Part shown: positions 39,779 to 50,042 of the stretch, piece after piece
Layout: every line of letters starts with the position of its first letter
How positions within the stretch are numbered: the stretch's first letter is position 1
Assembly: GCA_963832165.1 (NCBI GenBank)
Contig: CAWHTE010000003.1
Coordinates: forward strand, 544,001-608,000
Length of the DNA: 64,000 nucleotides
From: an uncultured delta proteobacterium
GTDB lineage: Bacteria; Myxococcota_A; UBA9160; SMWR01
Direction: 5' to 3'
Position numbers and translations under genes: made by a program
Notes under the pieces: model-generated
What the model was told of the DNA's origin: nothing
Database searches by the model: none
Seen by the model: the letters and a program-made list of their open reading frames with translations, nothing else

Positions 39779-40147
39779 CGTCTGGGGAGTCACTCGCGCG
39801 TCAGGAGCCGAGATCACGTTTCGCTCGCCCGAGAGGCGAGCTTGAACCTCGGCTTGAGCTCATCGGTCAGTGGATCGCTGCGTGACCTCTGTAGGTGCCA
39901 TCCTTGGGCGCAGAGGTCACGCGAAGAATTCGCCCGCGGCTCAGGTGGACCGCGCGGCGCGACGAAGAACCCGGTCGAGCCCGTGCCGAATTCCAATCTA
40001 CGAAAGGGGCCTCGGGGTGTCAAACCGGCAACGAGGCGATAGTCTCGCGGCAAACATCCCAGTAACTCACTGACAAGAATAGGGAAATCCGTCGTGGCGC
40101 CAAAGCCGCCGGTACTTCCCCTTCTCGCGCCTAGGAGAAACGTCGCC

Positions 40148-40837
40148 TTGCACTTCGAAGACATCCTCGGAATGTTCCAACAGGGGTGGCTGACCACCTA
40201 TCCGCTCCTCGCGGGGTCGGTGATCGCGCTCGGAGTCTTCTTCGAGCGCCTCTGGCGTTTCCGCGGCCTCCACGACGCGACGCGTGCACTCACGAAGTCG
40301 ACGATCGACGCGCTCGTGAAGCGCGATGTCGACCGAGCTCGCAAGCTGTGTGAGGACTCGAACCAGCCGATCGCGGCCGTCTTCCTCGAGGCGATGCGCT
40401 GGCGCAACGTGCCGCTCGAAGATCTCGAGCGCGTGCTCACCACCTCGCGACACGAGGCCGCCTACGACCTCAAGCGCGGCTTGTGGCTGATCGGCACGAT
40501 CGGCTCGCTCGCACCCTACGTGGGCCTGTTCGGAACCGTGGTCGGCATCATCCGCGCGTTCGCCGACATGGCAGAGCACGGCGCAGGCGGCTTCGAGGTG
40601 GTCGCTGCGGGCATCTCCGAGGCGCTGATCGCGACGGCGATGGGCCTCGCGGTCGCGATCGTGGCGCTGCTGTTCTTCAACTACCTGCAGACGCGGGTCG
40701 GCCTGATCGCAGGCACGTACGCGCGCTCGTGCGAGCGGTTCGTGCAGGCGCTCCTGTACCTCGAGTCTTCGGCGTCGCGCGAGAGCGGCGGCGCGTCGGG
40801 CGTGGAGATGGCTCATGGCTTCGTTCCGGCCCGATGA
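40148..40837 (+). CDS. MotA/TolQ/ExbB proton channel protein
   Basis: AGGAGA RBS then TTG. APYVGLFGTVVGII and GISEALIATAMGLAVAI. Confidence 0.92.
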   Translation: MHFEDILGMFQQGWLTTYPLLAGSVIALGVFFERLWRFRGLHDATRALTKSTIDALVKRDVDRARKLCEDSNQPIAAVFLEAMRWRNVPLEDLERVLTTSRHEAAYDLKRGLWLIGTIGSLAPYVGLFGTVVGIIRAFADMAEHGAGGFEVVAAGISEALIATAMGLAVAIVALLFFNYLQTRVGLIAGTYARSCERFVQALLYLESSASRESGGASGVEMAHGFVPAR

Positions 40838-41249
40838 CGACGAGAATCCGGACGACGGAGTCGTCGCGGAGATCAACATCACGCCGCTCACCGACGTGTT
40901 CCTGGTGCTGCTGGTGATCTTCATGGTCACGACCTCGGTCGTGGCCAACCAGGGCAAGAACATCGACCTGCCGGGCGCGGCGGTCAGCGACAACACGCCT
41001 CAGGGCGTGACGGTCGAGGTGTCGCCCGACGGCCAGATCGCGGTGAACGACGTGGCGGTGACCGACGCCGATCTCTATCGCGTGCTGTCGGCCGCGCTCG
41101 AGACGTCGCGCGAGAAGGTGGTGATCCTGCGCGGCGACAAGACCGTGTTGCTCGGCCAGGCGGTGAACATCCTCGATGTCGCGCAGCAGGCGGGAGCCCA
41201 GGGAATCGCACTCGCGACCAAGCCCCCGCCCGCCCCGCCCGCCAGCTAG
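40815..41249 (+). CDS. ExbD/TolR family protein
   Basis: EINITPLTDVFLVLLVIFMV with the conserved Asp; ILRGDK. Confidence 0.92.
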   Translation: MASFRPDDDENPDDGVVAEINITPLTDVFLVLLVIFMVTTSVVANQGKNIDLPGAAVSDNTPQGVTVEVSPDGQIAVNDVAVTDADLYRVLSAALETSREKVVILRGDKTVLLGQAVNILDVAQQAGAQGIALATKPPPAPPAS

Positions 41250-41273
41250 CGACGGCGATCAGGCCCGGCCTGG

Positions 41274-42662
41274 CTAGGTCACCTCGGGAACGCCTCGCGC
41301 GGCGACCTCCTCCATCACGGGGCGCAGCCACGCGAGGTCATCGCGCGCGCTGCGCGCTGCGTCGAGGTCGATGCCGTAGATGCGTGCTGCGTTGCGGCCG
41401 AGGATCTTCGCCTTCACCTCGGGCGTGAGCTCGGGATAGCCGAAGCGGTCGCGCAGGTCGGCCGGGATCTCGAACGCGCGAAACGCGTCGATCGCGGGCT
41501 GTGGCGAGCCGTACCAGATCGCGTCGGTGCCCCAGAGCACGTGGTCTTCGCCGACCGCGAGCAGGAGCTTTCCGAGCACGTGCGCGGCCTCCTCGGGGCG
41601 GCGGATCAGGCAGAACCACGTGGAGCCGAGCTCGGCATAGACGTTCGCCCCGGGCCGGATGCCGGCGTCGCGCAGGCTCGCGACGAGGCGATTCGTGCCG
41701 ACCGGTGCCGCGTCGGAGTAGGGGCCCTCTTCGGGGGCTTCGCTCGCGGGAATCTCGTAGCCCGAGTGGTAGATCAGGAAATCGAGGTCCGGGAACGCCG
41801 CGGCCGCGGGTCCGACGTCGCGCGGAGATCCGGTCGCGACGAGATTGCTGATGCCCTTGTGCGCGCAGACGCGCCGCACACCAGACGCGCGCACCCGTTC
41901 GAGGAACGGCACTCCGGTCGCTTCATCGTCGAGCCACCAGCCCGATGACGTTCGCTCGCCCGTCCCGAGCGTGTAGACCTTCCAACCGGCCGGCTGGTAG
42001 CGCTCACGTGCAGCGTCCATCGCCTCGAGCCCTCCCGGCAGCTCGGGCTGGACGACGCAGTGGTTGCGCAGGCGGCCGTTGCCGCCGAGCCGCTCGAACA
42101 GCGCGCGCACGCCCGCGAGCTCGCGATCGTGGAGCATGCGGTCGGGTCCCGTGCCCGGCGCCGACGTGAGCACGGCCACGGCGGTCTCGGTCTCGCCGAA
42201 TACGCAGCGCAGATAGGCGGTCATGTCGTAGGCGGTGATGTCGTCGAGCCCGCGCCACCAGTGCGGCGCGACGTCGCTGTACAGCGCGCGCAGGCTGCGG
42301 TTCCAGCGCGCGCACTCGGGCCGGTCGGAGACGAAGTGGGTCTGTACGTCGATCACGACCTCGTCGCCGCCGAGGCAGGCGTCGGCCGCTTCGGCGTCGA
42401 GCTCCGCCTCGGGAGGAACGCGATACCAGCCTCGGCCCGCGGCCGCGTTGAGCGCGCGCAAGCCCGCGGCGGTGCCGCGCCGACTCGCCCAGTAGGGGCC
42501 CAGCGCCAGCGCCGTGCGCGCGGAGTTCGCGGCACCGCGCTCTCGCGCGAGCGAGCGCATGCGCTGCTCTCGCGCCGAGAGCGGCGGAGCGGTGTATTCG
42601 TCGCTCGAAAGTCGCCGCAGGAACGGGGGAAGCTGTTCGGGGACCGCGCGTCGCCGGCTCAC
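41274..42662 (-). CDS. Amidohydrolase family protein
   Basis: IDVQTH, GWKVY, CAHKG, IYHSG, VLWGTD and KILGRNAARIYG. Confidence 0.85.
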   Translation of the reverse strand: MSRRRAVPEQLPPFLRRLSSDEYTAPPLSAREQRMRSLARERGAANSARTALALGPYWASRRGTAAGLRALNAAAGRGWYRVPPEAELDAEAADACLGGDEVVIDVQTHFVSDRPECARWNRSLRALYSDVAPHWWRGLDDITAYDMTAYLRCVFGETETAVAVLTSAPGTGPDRMLHDRELAGVRALFERLGGNGRLRNHCVVQPELPGGLEAMDAARERYQPAGWKVYTLGTGERTSSGWWLDDEATGVPFLERVRASGVRRVCAHKGISNLVATGSPRDVGPAAAAFPDLDFLIYHSGYEIPASEAPEEGPYSDAAPVGTNRLVASLRDAGIRPGANVYAELGSTWFCLIRRPEEAAHVLGKLLLAVGEDHVLWGTDAIWYGSPQPAIDAFRAFEIPADLRDRFGYPELTPEVKAKILGRNAARIYGIDLDAARSARDDLAWLRPVMEEVAARGVPEVT

Positions 42663-42675
42663 CGACGCAGCATAA

Positions 42676-43956
42676 TCAAAGGCGCGCGAGCATTCCGAAG
42701 TAATCAGGCCAGGTCTTCGACACGCAGCCCGGATCGCGGATCGCGATGCCGGGTTGTCGCAGCCCGGCCAGCGCGAACGCCATCGCCATCCGGTGATCGT
42801 CATAGGTGTCGATCTCGGCCGCGCGCAGCGGCGCGGGCTCGATCGCAAGCGAATCGGCGGTCGCGACCGCGTGGGCGCCGAGCTTGCGCAGCTCAGTCTC
42901 CAGCGCCGCGAGCCGATCGGTCTCCTTGATCCGCAGGTTGGCGACGTTGCGGATCCGCGTCGGACCCTCCGCGAACGCCGCGACCACGGCGAGTGCGAGC
43001 ACGGCGTCCGGTAGCGCATTCATGTCGGCGTCGATGCCGACGAGCCGGGCCGCGGGCCCGTGCACCTCGGCCCAATCTTCTCCGCGCACGGCGCGGCACC
43101 CCATGCGCTCGAGCAGGTCGAGGATGCCGACGTCGGGCTGGCGCGTCTTGGGGTCGAGTCCCTCCACGCGGACGCGTCCGCCCGCGATGGCGGCAGCGCA
43201 CAATGGGTATGCCGCCGATGACGCATCCGCCTCGATCGCATAACGGCGGCCGGAGTAGGGGGTGCCCGCGCGCACGCGCAGTGCGTCACTCCCATCCCAA
43301 TCAGCGCTCGCGCCGAACGCACGCATCACGTCGAGCGTGAGGTCGACGTAGGGGCGCGACACGAGCTCGCCGCCCGCGAAGCGCAGCGTGACGTCGCGCT
43401 GGGCGTAAGGCGCGGCGAGCAACACTGCCGAGACGTATTGGCTCGATCGCCGCGCGTCGATCGTCGCCTCGCCACCGCGCAGCCCACCGCCCGCGATCCG
43501 AACGGGGGGACAGCCGCGCGCGCCGAGGATCCGGCACTCGGCACCGAGCTGTTCGAGCGCGCGCGTGAGGTCGTCGATCGGGCGCTCGCGCATGCGCGCG
43601 TTGCCGTCGATCGTGACCGGCCCGTCCGCGAGGCATGCCGCAGCGGTGAGAAAGCGCGCGGTGGTCCCCGAATTTCCCGCGAAGAGCGGCGCCTCCGGTG
43701 CGCGCAGGTGCGCGGCGACACCCGGGACCCGCCAGGGCTCGCCGCTCGCGTCGATCGAACAGCCGAGTGCGGCGAGCGAGGCGACCATCACGTCGGTGTC
43801 GTCGCTCGCGAGCGCGCCCGAGAGCTCGCTGGCCCCGTCCGCGAGCGCGGCCACGAGCAGCGCGCGGTTGGTGACGCTCTTCGATCCCGGAACGCGCACG
43901 CGCGCATCGAGCGGACCGCGCGGCTCGATGCGCAGCGGGTCGGGCAGGTCGAGCAT
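42676..43956 (-). CDS. aroA: 3-phosphoshikimate 1-carboxyvinyltransferase (EPSP synthase)
   Basis: PGSKSVTNR, GNSGTTARF, SSQYVS, RIKETDR, DDHRMAM and CVSKTWP. Confidence 0.97.
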   Translation of the reverse strand: MLDLPDPLRIEPRGPLDARVRVPGSKSVTNRALLVAALADGASELSGALASDDTDVMVASLAALGCSIDASGEPWRVPGVAAHLRAPEAPLFAGNSGTTARFLTAAACLADGPVTIDGNARMRERPIDDLTRALEQLGAECRILGARGCPPVRIAGGGLRGGEATIDARRSSQYVSAVLLAAPYAQRDVTLRFAGGELVSRPYVDLTLDVMRAFGASADWDGSDALRVRAGTPYSGRRYAIEADASSAAYPLCAAAIAGGRVRVEGLDPKTRQPDVGILDLLERMGCRAVRGEDWAEVHGPAARLVGIDADMNALPDAVLALAVVAAFAEGPTRIRNVANLRIKETDRLAALETELRKLGAHAVATADSLAIEPAPLRAAEIDTYDDHRMAMAFALAGLRQPGIAIRDPGCVSKTWPDYFGMLARL

Positions 43957-44021
43957 GCGGCGAGCAGGCTACCCCACTACCATCACTTCCCGCCCAGATC
44001 ACGGGAGCCCGAGACGCACCC

Positions 44022-45164
44022 ATGTTGAAACGACGCCTGTTCACCCCCGGGCCGGTACCGGTTCCCGAGCGAGTGCAACTCGCGATGGCCCAGCCGATCA
44101 TCAATCACCGCGCGCCGGACTTCCTGCCCGTGTTCGCGCAGTGCAAGCGCGGCTTGCAGCGCCTGTTCCAGACCGAGAGCCCGGTGCTCATGTTCGCGGC
44201 CTCCGGCACCGGCGCGATGGATGCGGCGGTCTCGAACCTGCTCTCTCCGGGCGACCACGCGCTCGTGGTGCGCGGCGGAAAATTCGGCGAGCGCTGGCAG
44301 GAGATCTGCGAAGCCTACGGCGTGCGCACGACGTGCATCGACGTCACGTGGGGCCAGGCGGTCGATCCGGCCGCGGTGGCGGCCGCGCTCGACGCGAACC
44401 CCGACATCAAGGCGGTCTACCTGCAGGCGTCCGAGACGAGCACGGCGGTGCGACACCCCGTGCGCGAGATCGCGCAGATCGTGCGCCGCTCCGACGATCG
44501 CCTGCTCGTCGTGGACGCGATCACCGCGATCGGCGTATACGAGCTGGCGATGGACGCGTGGGGGCTCGACGTGGTGATCTCGGGCTCCCAGAAGGCGTTC
44601 ATGATGCCGCCCGGGCTCGCGTTCCTGGCGGTCTCCGACCGCGCGCAGCGCTTCATGTCCACGGCCAAAGCGCCCCACTACTACTTCTCGCTCGACAAGG
44701 AGCTCGAGGCGCTGCCGACCGACCAGACTTCGTGGACGCCCGCCGTGGGCCTCTTGATGGGCCTGGCGGAGGCGCTCAAGATCATCCTGGACGAGGAGGG
44801 CCTGGAGGCGACCTGGGCTCGGACGGAGAAGCTCGCGTCCGCGACGCGCGAGGCGATGCGCGCGATCGGCCTCGAGCTGCTCGCGCCGGACGCGCCGAGC
44901 CCCGCGTGCACGGCCGTGTTCGTGCCCGATGGCGTCGACGGCGCGGCGCTGCGCAAGTACCTGCGCGACAAGCTCGGCTACACGCTCGCGGACGGGCAGG
45001 GCAAGCTCAAGGGCAAGATCTTCCGGATCGCTCATCTCGGATACTTCGACCGCTTCGACACGATCGCGTGCATCGCGGCGGTCGAGATCGCGCTCGCTGC
45101 GCAGGGCTACGTCCACAAGCTGGGCGAGGGCGCGCGCACCGCGACCGAGCTGCTCCGCGACTAG
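44022..45164 (+). CDS. Class V PLP aminotransferase (serine-pyruvate/alanine-glyoxylate type, probable phosphoserine aminotransferase role)
   Basis: TPGP, SGTGAM, ETST, SGSQKAFMMPPG and FRIAHLG; directly upstream of serA. Confidence 0.9.
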   Translation: MLKRRLFTPGPVPVPERVQLAMAQPIINHRAPDFLPVFAQCKRGLQRLFQTESPVLMFAASGTGAMDAAVSNLLSPGDHALVVRGGKFGERWQEICEAYGVRTTCIDVTWGQAVDPAAVAAALDANPDIKAVYLQASETSTAVRHPVREIAQIVRRSDDRLLVVDAITAIGVYELAMDAWGLDVVISGSQKAFMMPPGLAFLAVSDRAQRFMSTAKAPHYYFSLDKELEALPTDQTSWTPAVGLLMGLAEALKIILDEEGLEATWARTEKLASATREAMRAIGLELLAPDAPSPACTAVFVPDGVDGAALRKYLRDKLGYTLADGQGKLKGKIFRIAHLGYFDRFDTIACIAAVEIALAAQGYVHKLGEGARTATELLRD

Positions 45165-45182
45165 CGCGCGGGAGGATTACTC

Positions 45183-46777
45183 TTGCCCAAGGTCCTCGTG
45201 ACGGATGGTCTCGCGCCGCAAGGCTTCGAGATCCTCGGGCGCGCGCCCGGGATCGAGGTGGTCGACGCGCCCGGGATGAAGCCCGCGCAGCTGCTCGACG
45301 CGATCGCCGACGCCGATGCGCTGATCATCCGCAGCGCGACTCAGGTCACTGCCGAGGTGATCGCCGCGGCGAAGCAGCTCGCGGTGATCGGGCGCGCAGG
45401 TATCGGCGTCGACAACGTCGACGTGGGCGCCGCGACGACGCGCGGCATCGTGGTGATGAACACGCCCGGCGGCAACACGATCACGACCGCCGAGCACGCG
45501 ATCGCGCTGCTCGTCGCGCTCGCGCGCCACATCCCCCAGGCCACCGCTTCGATGAAGGCCGGCAAGTGGGACAAGAAGAGCTTCATGGGCATGGAGCTCT
45601 ACAACCGCACGCTCGGCCTGATCGGGCTCGGCAACATCGGCCGGATCGTGGCGCAGCGCGCGCGCGGTCTCGGGATGAAGGTGGTCGCGTACGATCCGTT
45701 CCTGTCCGCCGAGGCGGCGGCCAAGCTCGAAGTGGAGCTGCTCGACTTCGACGCGCTGCTCGCGCGCTCGGACGCGCTCTCCGTGCACGTGCCGCGTACT
45801 CCCGACACCGCGGGCCTGCTCGGGAAGGCCGCGTTCGCGAAGGTGAGGCCCGGCGTGCTGCTCGTGAACGCCGCGCGCGGCGGCATCGTGGACGAAGACG
45901 CGCTGCTCGAGGCGCTCGAGTCCGGCGCGGTCGGCGGCGCTGCGCTCGACGTCTTCGAGGAGGAGCCCCCCGCGCCCGACCATCCGCTGGTGGCGCACCC
46001 GCACGTGATCTGCACCCCGCACCTGGGCGCGTCGACCGAGCAGGCGCAGGTGAACGTGTCGATCGCGGTGGCCGAGCAGGTGCGCGACTACCTGGTCGGC
46101 GGCCTGATCAACAACGCGGTCAACGTGCCCTCGATCTCGAAGGAGCTCGCGGCGCGGATCCGCCCCTACCTCGTGCTCGGTGAGAAGCTCGGGCGCTTCC
46201 AGGGCCAGCTGTGCAAGGGCTCGATCGACCAGATCGAGATCGAGTATTGCGGCGCGGCCGCGGAGCTCGAGCGTCGCGCCGATCACGGTCGCGGTGCTCA
46301 AGGGCCTGCTCGAACCGGTGACCGACTCGGTCAACATGGTGAACGCGCCCGGAATCGCGCAGCAGCACGGGATCAAAGTGATCGAGTCGAAGGCGAGCCG
46401 AACCGAGGACTTCGCGAGCGCGATCACCACGCGCGTGTCGGGGTCGGGCTGCGCCAATCGCCTGATCATGGGCGCGGTGTTCGAGGGTCGGCAGCCGCGG
46501 ATCGTGCGCATCGACGACTTCATGCTCGAGGCGATTCCCGAGGGCCCGACGCTGCTGATCCTGAATCGCGACGAGCCGGGCGTGGTCGGCGCCGTCGGCA
46601 CGTTGCTCGGGGCAGGCCGGCATCAACATCTCGCGCATGCAGCTCGCGCTGCACCCGAGGAACGCCGAGGCCGCGATGCTCGTGAACGTGAGCAAGGCGC
46701 CGTCGCAGCAGGTGGTCGAGGCGCTGCGCGCGATGCCGCAGGCGATCTCCGTTCAGGTGCTGGAGCTCGGATCATGA
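45183..46777 (+). CDS. serA: D-3-phosphoglycerate dehydrogenase, +1 frameshifts near 46270 and 46615
   Basis: GRAGIGVDNVD, GLGNIG, NAARGG and TPHLGAST; ASB and ACT domains (NRDEPGVVG, GINISRMQL) in shifted frames; stop overlaps the purA ATG. Confidence 0.93.
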
Positions 46778-48069
46778 CGACGTTGATCGCAGTCGGGGCG
46801 CAGTGGGGTGACGAGGGCAAGGGCAAGCTCGTCGATTGGCTCGCGCCGCGCGCCGATCTCGTCGTGCGCTTCCACGGTGGCAACAACGCGGGACACACGC
46901 TCGTCGTCGAAGGCGACAAGACCGTGCTGCACGTGGTGCCCGCCGGAATCATGAACCCGGGCACGGTGAACCTGATCGGCCCCGGCGTGGTCGTCGATCC
47001 CGACATCCTGCTCGGCGAGCTCGACGAGCTGTATGCGCGCGGCGTGATCAAAGAACCCTCGCGCGTGCGCGTCTCCGGGCGCGCCCACGTGATCTTCGAG
47101 TGGCACCGCGCGCTCGACAAGGCGCGCGAGCAGGCAGCACGCGGGCGCGCGATCGGCACGACGGGCCGCGGGATCGGTCCCTCGTACGAGGACAAGGTCT
47201 CGCGGCGCGGGATCCGCGTGGCAGACCTGCTCGATCCGGCCGTGCTCACGGAGTCGATCGCGCGCGTCGCCGAGCAGAAGAACTTCGAGCTCACCGAGTA
47301 CTACAAGGGCGAGGCCGTCGACGTGCGCGCGGTGACCGAGCGCGCGATCGAGTGGGGCAAGCGCCTCGCGCCCTACGTCGATCGCACCGAGCGCACGCTC
47401 GAGCGCGCGCTGCGGGCGGGCAAGAACGTGCTCTTCGAAGGTGCGCAGGGACACTTCCTCGACGTCGACCACGGCACGTATCCCTACGTGACGTCGTCGA
47501 ACTGCGTCGCGGGCGCCGCGTGCGCGGGCGCGGGGATCGGGCCCACGCGGATCGATCGCGTGCTCGGCATCACGAAGGCCTACACCACGCGCGTGGGCAG
47601 TGGTCCGTTCCCGACCGAGCTCTCGGGCGAGACCGGGGAGCTGCTGCGGCAGCGCGGCGCGGAGTTCGGCGCCACGACGGGACGCCCGCGCCGCTGCGGT
47701 TGGCTCGACGCCGTGATGCTGCGCGATGCGGCCACGGTGAGCGGCTACACCGCGCTCGCCGTGAACAAGCTCGACGTGCTCTCCGACACCGGAGAGATTC
47801 GCATCGCCACGGCCTATCGCATCGACGGCGTCGAGACGGAAGACTTTCCGATGACGCTCGCGGAAATCGAGCGCGCCGAGCCGATCTACGAGACCCACGA
47901 GGGCTGGGAAGGCGATCTGACCGGCTGTCGGCGCTTCGCAGACCTCCCCGCGGCCGCGCGCCGCTATGTCGAGCGCATCGAGGCGCTCGTGGGCGTGCCC
48001 GTCGAGCTGATCTCGGTGGGGCCGGGCCGCGACGAGACGATCGTGCGCACGGATCCGTTCGGAGGCTGA
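46774..48069 (+). CDS. purA: Adenylosuccinate synthetase
   Basis: GAQWGDEGKGK, GGNNAGHT, EGAQG, GTYPYVTSS and TTGRPRRCGWLD. Confidence 0.98.
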   Translation: MTTLIAVGAQWGDEGKGKLVDWLAPRADLVVRFHGGNNAGHTLVVEGDKTVLHVVPAGIMNPGTVNLIGPGVVVDPDILLGELDELYARGVIKEPSRVRVSGRAHVIFEWHRALDKAREQAARGRAIGTTGRGIGPSYEDKVSRRGIRVADLLDPAVLTESIARVAEQKNFELTEYYKGEAVDVRAVTERAIEWGKRLAPYVDRTERTLERALRAGKNVLFEGAQGHFLDVDHGTYPYVTSSNCVAGAACAGAGIGPTRIDRVLGITKAYTTRVGSGPFPTELSGETGELLRQRGAEFGATTGRPRRCGWLDAVMLRDAATVSGYTALAVNKLDVLSDTGEIRIATAYRIDGVETEDFPMTLAEIERAEPIYETHEGWEGDLTGCRRFADLPAAARRYVERIEALVGVPVELISVGPGRDETIVRTDPFGG

Positions 48070-48099
48070 TTCGACGCGCGCGCGGGCGCGGAGGGGTCG

Positions 48100-49344
48100 A
48101 TGAGAATCGCGCTCGTACATCCGCGCCTCGATCACCGCGGCGGTGCCGAGAACGTGGTGTGCTGGATGGCGCGCGGCCTGCTCGAGCGCGGCCACGACGT
48201 GGTCGTGGCGACGCAGCGATTCTCGCTCGAGCGCTGGGACGAGCAGGACTGGCACGGGATTTCGCGCGTCGTTCTGCGCGCGGGAACCTTCGACCGCTAC
48301 AAGCACCGCGCCGCGCGCAAGCGCAGCCCGGGTCATCGCCTGCGCCGCGCACTGGGCGAGCGCGAGTGGATCGTTGCGCACAACTTCCCGTCGCAGGTCT
48401 GGGCGACCGTGGCCGCGCGGCGGATGTCGGGTACGCGCGTGGTCTGGTATTGCGAGGAGCCGCATACCCGCCTTCACCGCCGCGAGACGGCGCCGCGCTT
48501 CGCGGCGGCTCTCGAGGACCCCGACCGCCACCCGTGGCTGCGCGAGGTCTCGCAGGAGTTCGAGAAGCGGCCCGAGCGCGGCGCCCGCTTCGCGGTCGAT
48601 CGGAAGCTCGAGCTCGATGCCGCGGCATGCGTCGATCTCGTGCTCGGAAACAGCGCGTTCACTGCGCAGAGCGCCGCGCGCGTCTACGGCGTGGACGCGC
48701 TTCCGTGCATCCTGGGCCTACCCGAGCCGGCACCCGCCGCCGGTCCGCGCGGGGATCCGTACGTCGCCTGGATCACCTCCGCGAGTCCGCACAAGAACGC
48801 CTTCGGGTTCCTGGAGGCGCTCCACCTCGCGGTGCACGAGCTCGGCGCGCGCGACCTGCGCGTGCGCGCGGTGGGCCTGCGCGGAGAGGCCTTCACGCGC
48901 CGGATCGCCGAGCTTTCGCTCGGCGACGTCGTGCGCGGCGAGGGTTGGATGTCCGACGCCGACCTGAACGCGCTGATCGCGGGCTGCCGGCTGCTCGCCT
49001 ATCCGCCGATCGAGGAGCCGTTCGGCCTCGTGCCGCTGCACGCGATGGCGCACGCGCGCCCCGTGCTCGCAGCGAACGGGGGCGGTCCCGCCGAGACGGT
49101 GGTCCACGAGGTCACGGGGCTGCTCGCGGATCCGCTCGATCCGCGCGACATGGCGGCGCGCCTCGTCGAGCTCTGGAATTCGCCCGCGCGCTGCGACGCG
49201 CTCGGCGCGGCGGGTCGCGAGCGCTACGCCGCGGAATTCACGTTTCGCCACTTCCTCGATCGCTTCGAGAATCACCTGTTCGGGAAGGGCCCGCGCCAGG
49301 CGCTACCTTCCGCAAACTCTTCGCGAGGCGTCGCACGCGCGTGA
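48100..49344 (+). CDS. Glycosyltransferase family 4
   Basis: GGAE start motif, EPFGLVPLHAMA and GGPAETV. Confidence 0.88.
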   Translation: MRIALVHPRLDHRGGAENVVCWMARGLLERGHDVVVATQRFSLERWDEQDWHGISRVVLRAGTFDRYKHRAARKRSPGHRLRRALGEREWIVAHNFPSQVWATVAARRMSGTRVVWYCEEPHTRLHRRETAPRFAAALEDPDRHPWLREVSQEFEKRPERGARFAVDRKLELDAAACVDLVLGNSAFTAQSAARVYGVDALPCILGLPEPAPAAGPRGDPYVAWITSASPHKNAFGFLEALHLAVHELGARDLRVRAVGLRGEAFTRRIAELSLGDVVRGEGWMSDADLNALIAGCRLLAYPPIEEPFGLVPLHAMAHARPVLAANGGGPAETVVHEVTGLLADPLDPRDMAARLVELWNSPARCDALGAAGRERYAAEFTFRHFLDRFENHLFGKGPRQALPSANSSRGVARA

Positions 49345-50030
49345 CGGTCGAACCCACGAGGAATCCGTCCCCCGCTCGGATCCGGAAGCGCCGGCTCTCC
49401 TGGAGCACGACGCGACGGCTGCGCCGGAAGACGTCGAAAGGCAAGAAGCTCTCCGCGCGGGACGCGTACGTGTTCGACGAGCTCGAGCCCGGCGACGTGG
49501 CGATCGATTGCGGGGCCAATGTCGGAGAGATCGCGGAGCTCATGGCGTGTCGCGGCGCCGAGGTGCACGCGTTCGAGCCCGACCCGGGCGCGTTCGCGGT
49601 GCTCGAGAAGCGGTTCTCGGGCGTCGCCAACGTCACCTGTCACAACGTCGCCGTGTCGAACCGCGCGGGTCGGATGCGCCTCTACTTCCGCAAGGAGCGC
49701 GAGGACGATCCGCTCGTGTACTCGGTCGGCTCCACGCTCGACTCCGCCAAGACCGACGTCGATCGCGATGCGTTCACCGAGGTCGAGGTGGTGCGCCTGG
49801 CCGACTTCGTCGCGGGGTTCCCGCGCGTGCGGCTGCTCAAGATCGATATCGAGGGTGCGGAGGCGGACGTCCTGTCGGACCTGCTCGAGAAGGACCTGCT
49901 CGAGCGGGTCGACCTCGTGCTGGTCGAGACCCACGAGGAGTGGATTCCGGATCTGTGGCCGCGGCTGCAGGTGATCCGCGAGCAGATCGCGGCGCGGCGG
50001 CTGCGCCACGTCTATCTCAACTGGACTTGA
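49341..50030 (+). CDS. FkbM family methyltransferase
   Basis: IDCGANVG, AFEPDP and LLKIDIEGAE. Confidence 0.88.
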   Translation: MTVEPTRNPSPARIRKRRLSWSTTRRLRRKTSKGKKLSARDAYVFDELEPGDVAIDCGANVGEIAELMACRGAEVHAFEPDPGAFAVLEKRFSGVANVTCHNVAVSNRAGRMRLYFRKEREDDPLVYSVGSTLDSAKTDVDRDAFTEVEVVRLADFVAGFPRVRLLKIDIEGAEADVLSDLLEKDLLERVDLVLVETHEEWIPDLWPRLQVIREQIAARRLRHVYLNWT

Positions 50031-50042
50031 TCGTTCGATCGC

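Noticed and set aside
40063..40109. Possible IHF-like site (TAACTCACTGAC) and sigma-54 -24/-12 element (TGGCGC-N7-GC) before exbB
   Set aside because: Both deviate from consensus (no TTGC at -12) and such matches arise easily by chance.
40049..40135. Resemblance to a cyclic di-GMP-I (GEMM) riboswitch: GGCAAAC...GGCGCCAAAGCCGCCGG upstream of exbB
   Set aside because: The GNRA-capped first stem and the second stem with its receptor could not be built; only short words match. An Infernal search against the Rfam model would settle it.
38633..41249. Assignment as canonical tol-pal or Agl-Glt gliding genes
   Set aside because: No tolB, pal or recognisable glt genes are adjacent and the TonB-like gene is divergent from exbBD, so no gene symbols were given.
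46180..48069. Apparent 629-aa SerA-PurA fusion in the ORF track
   Set aside because: Artefact of the serA frameshifts. purA has its own ATG at 46774 overlapping the true serA stop.
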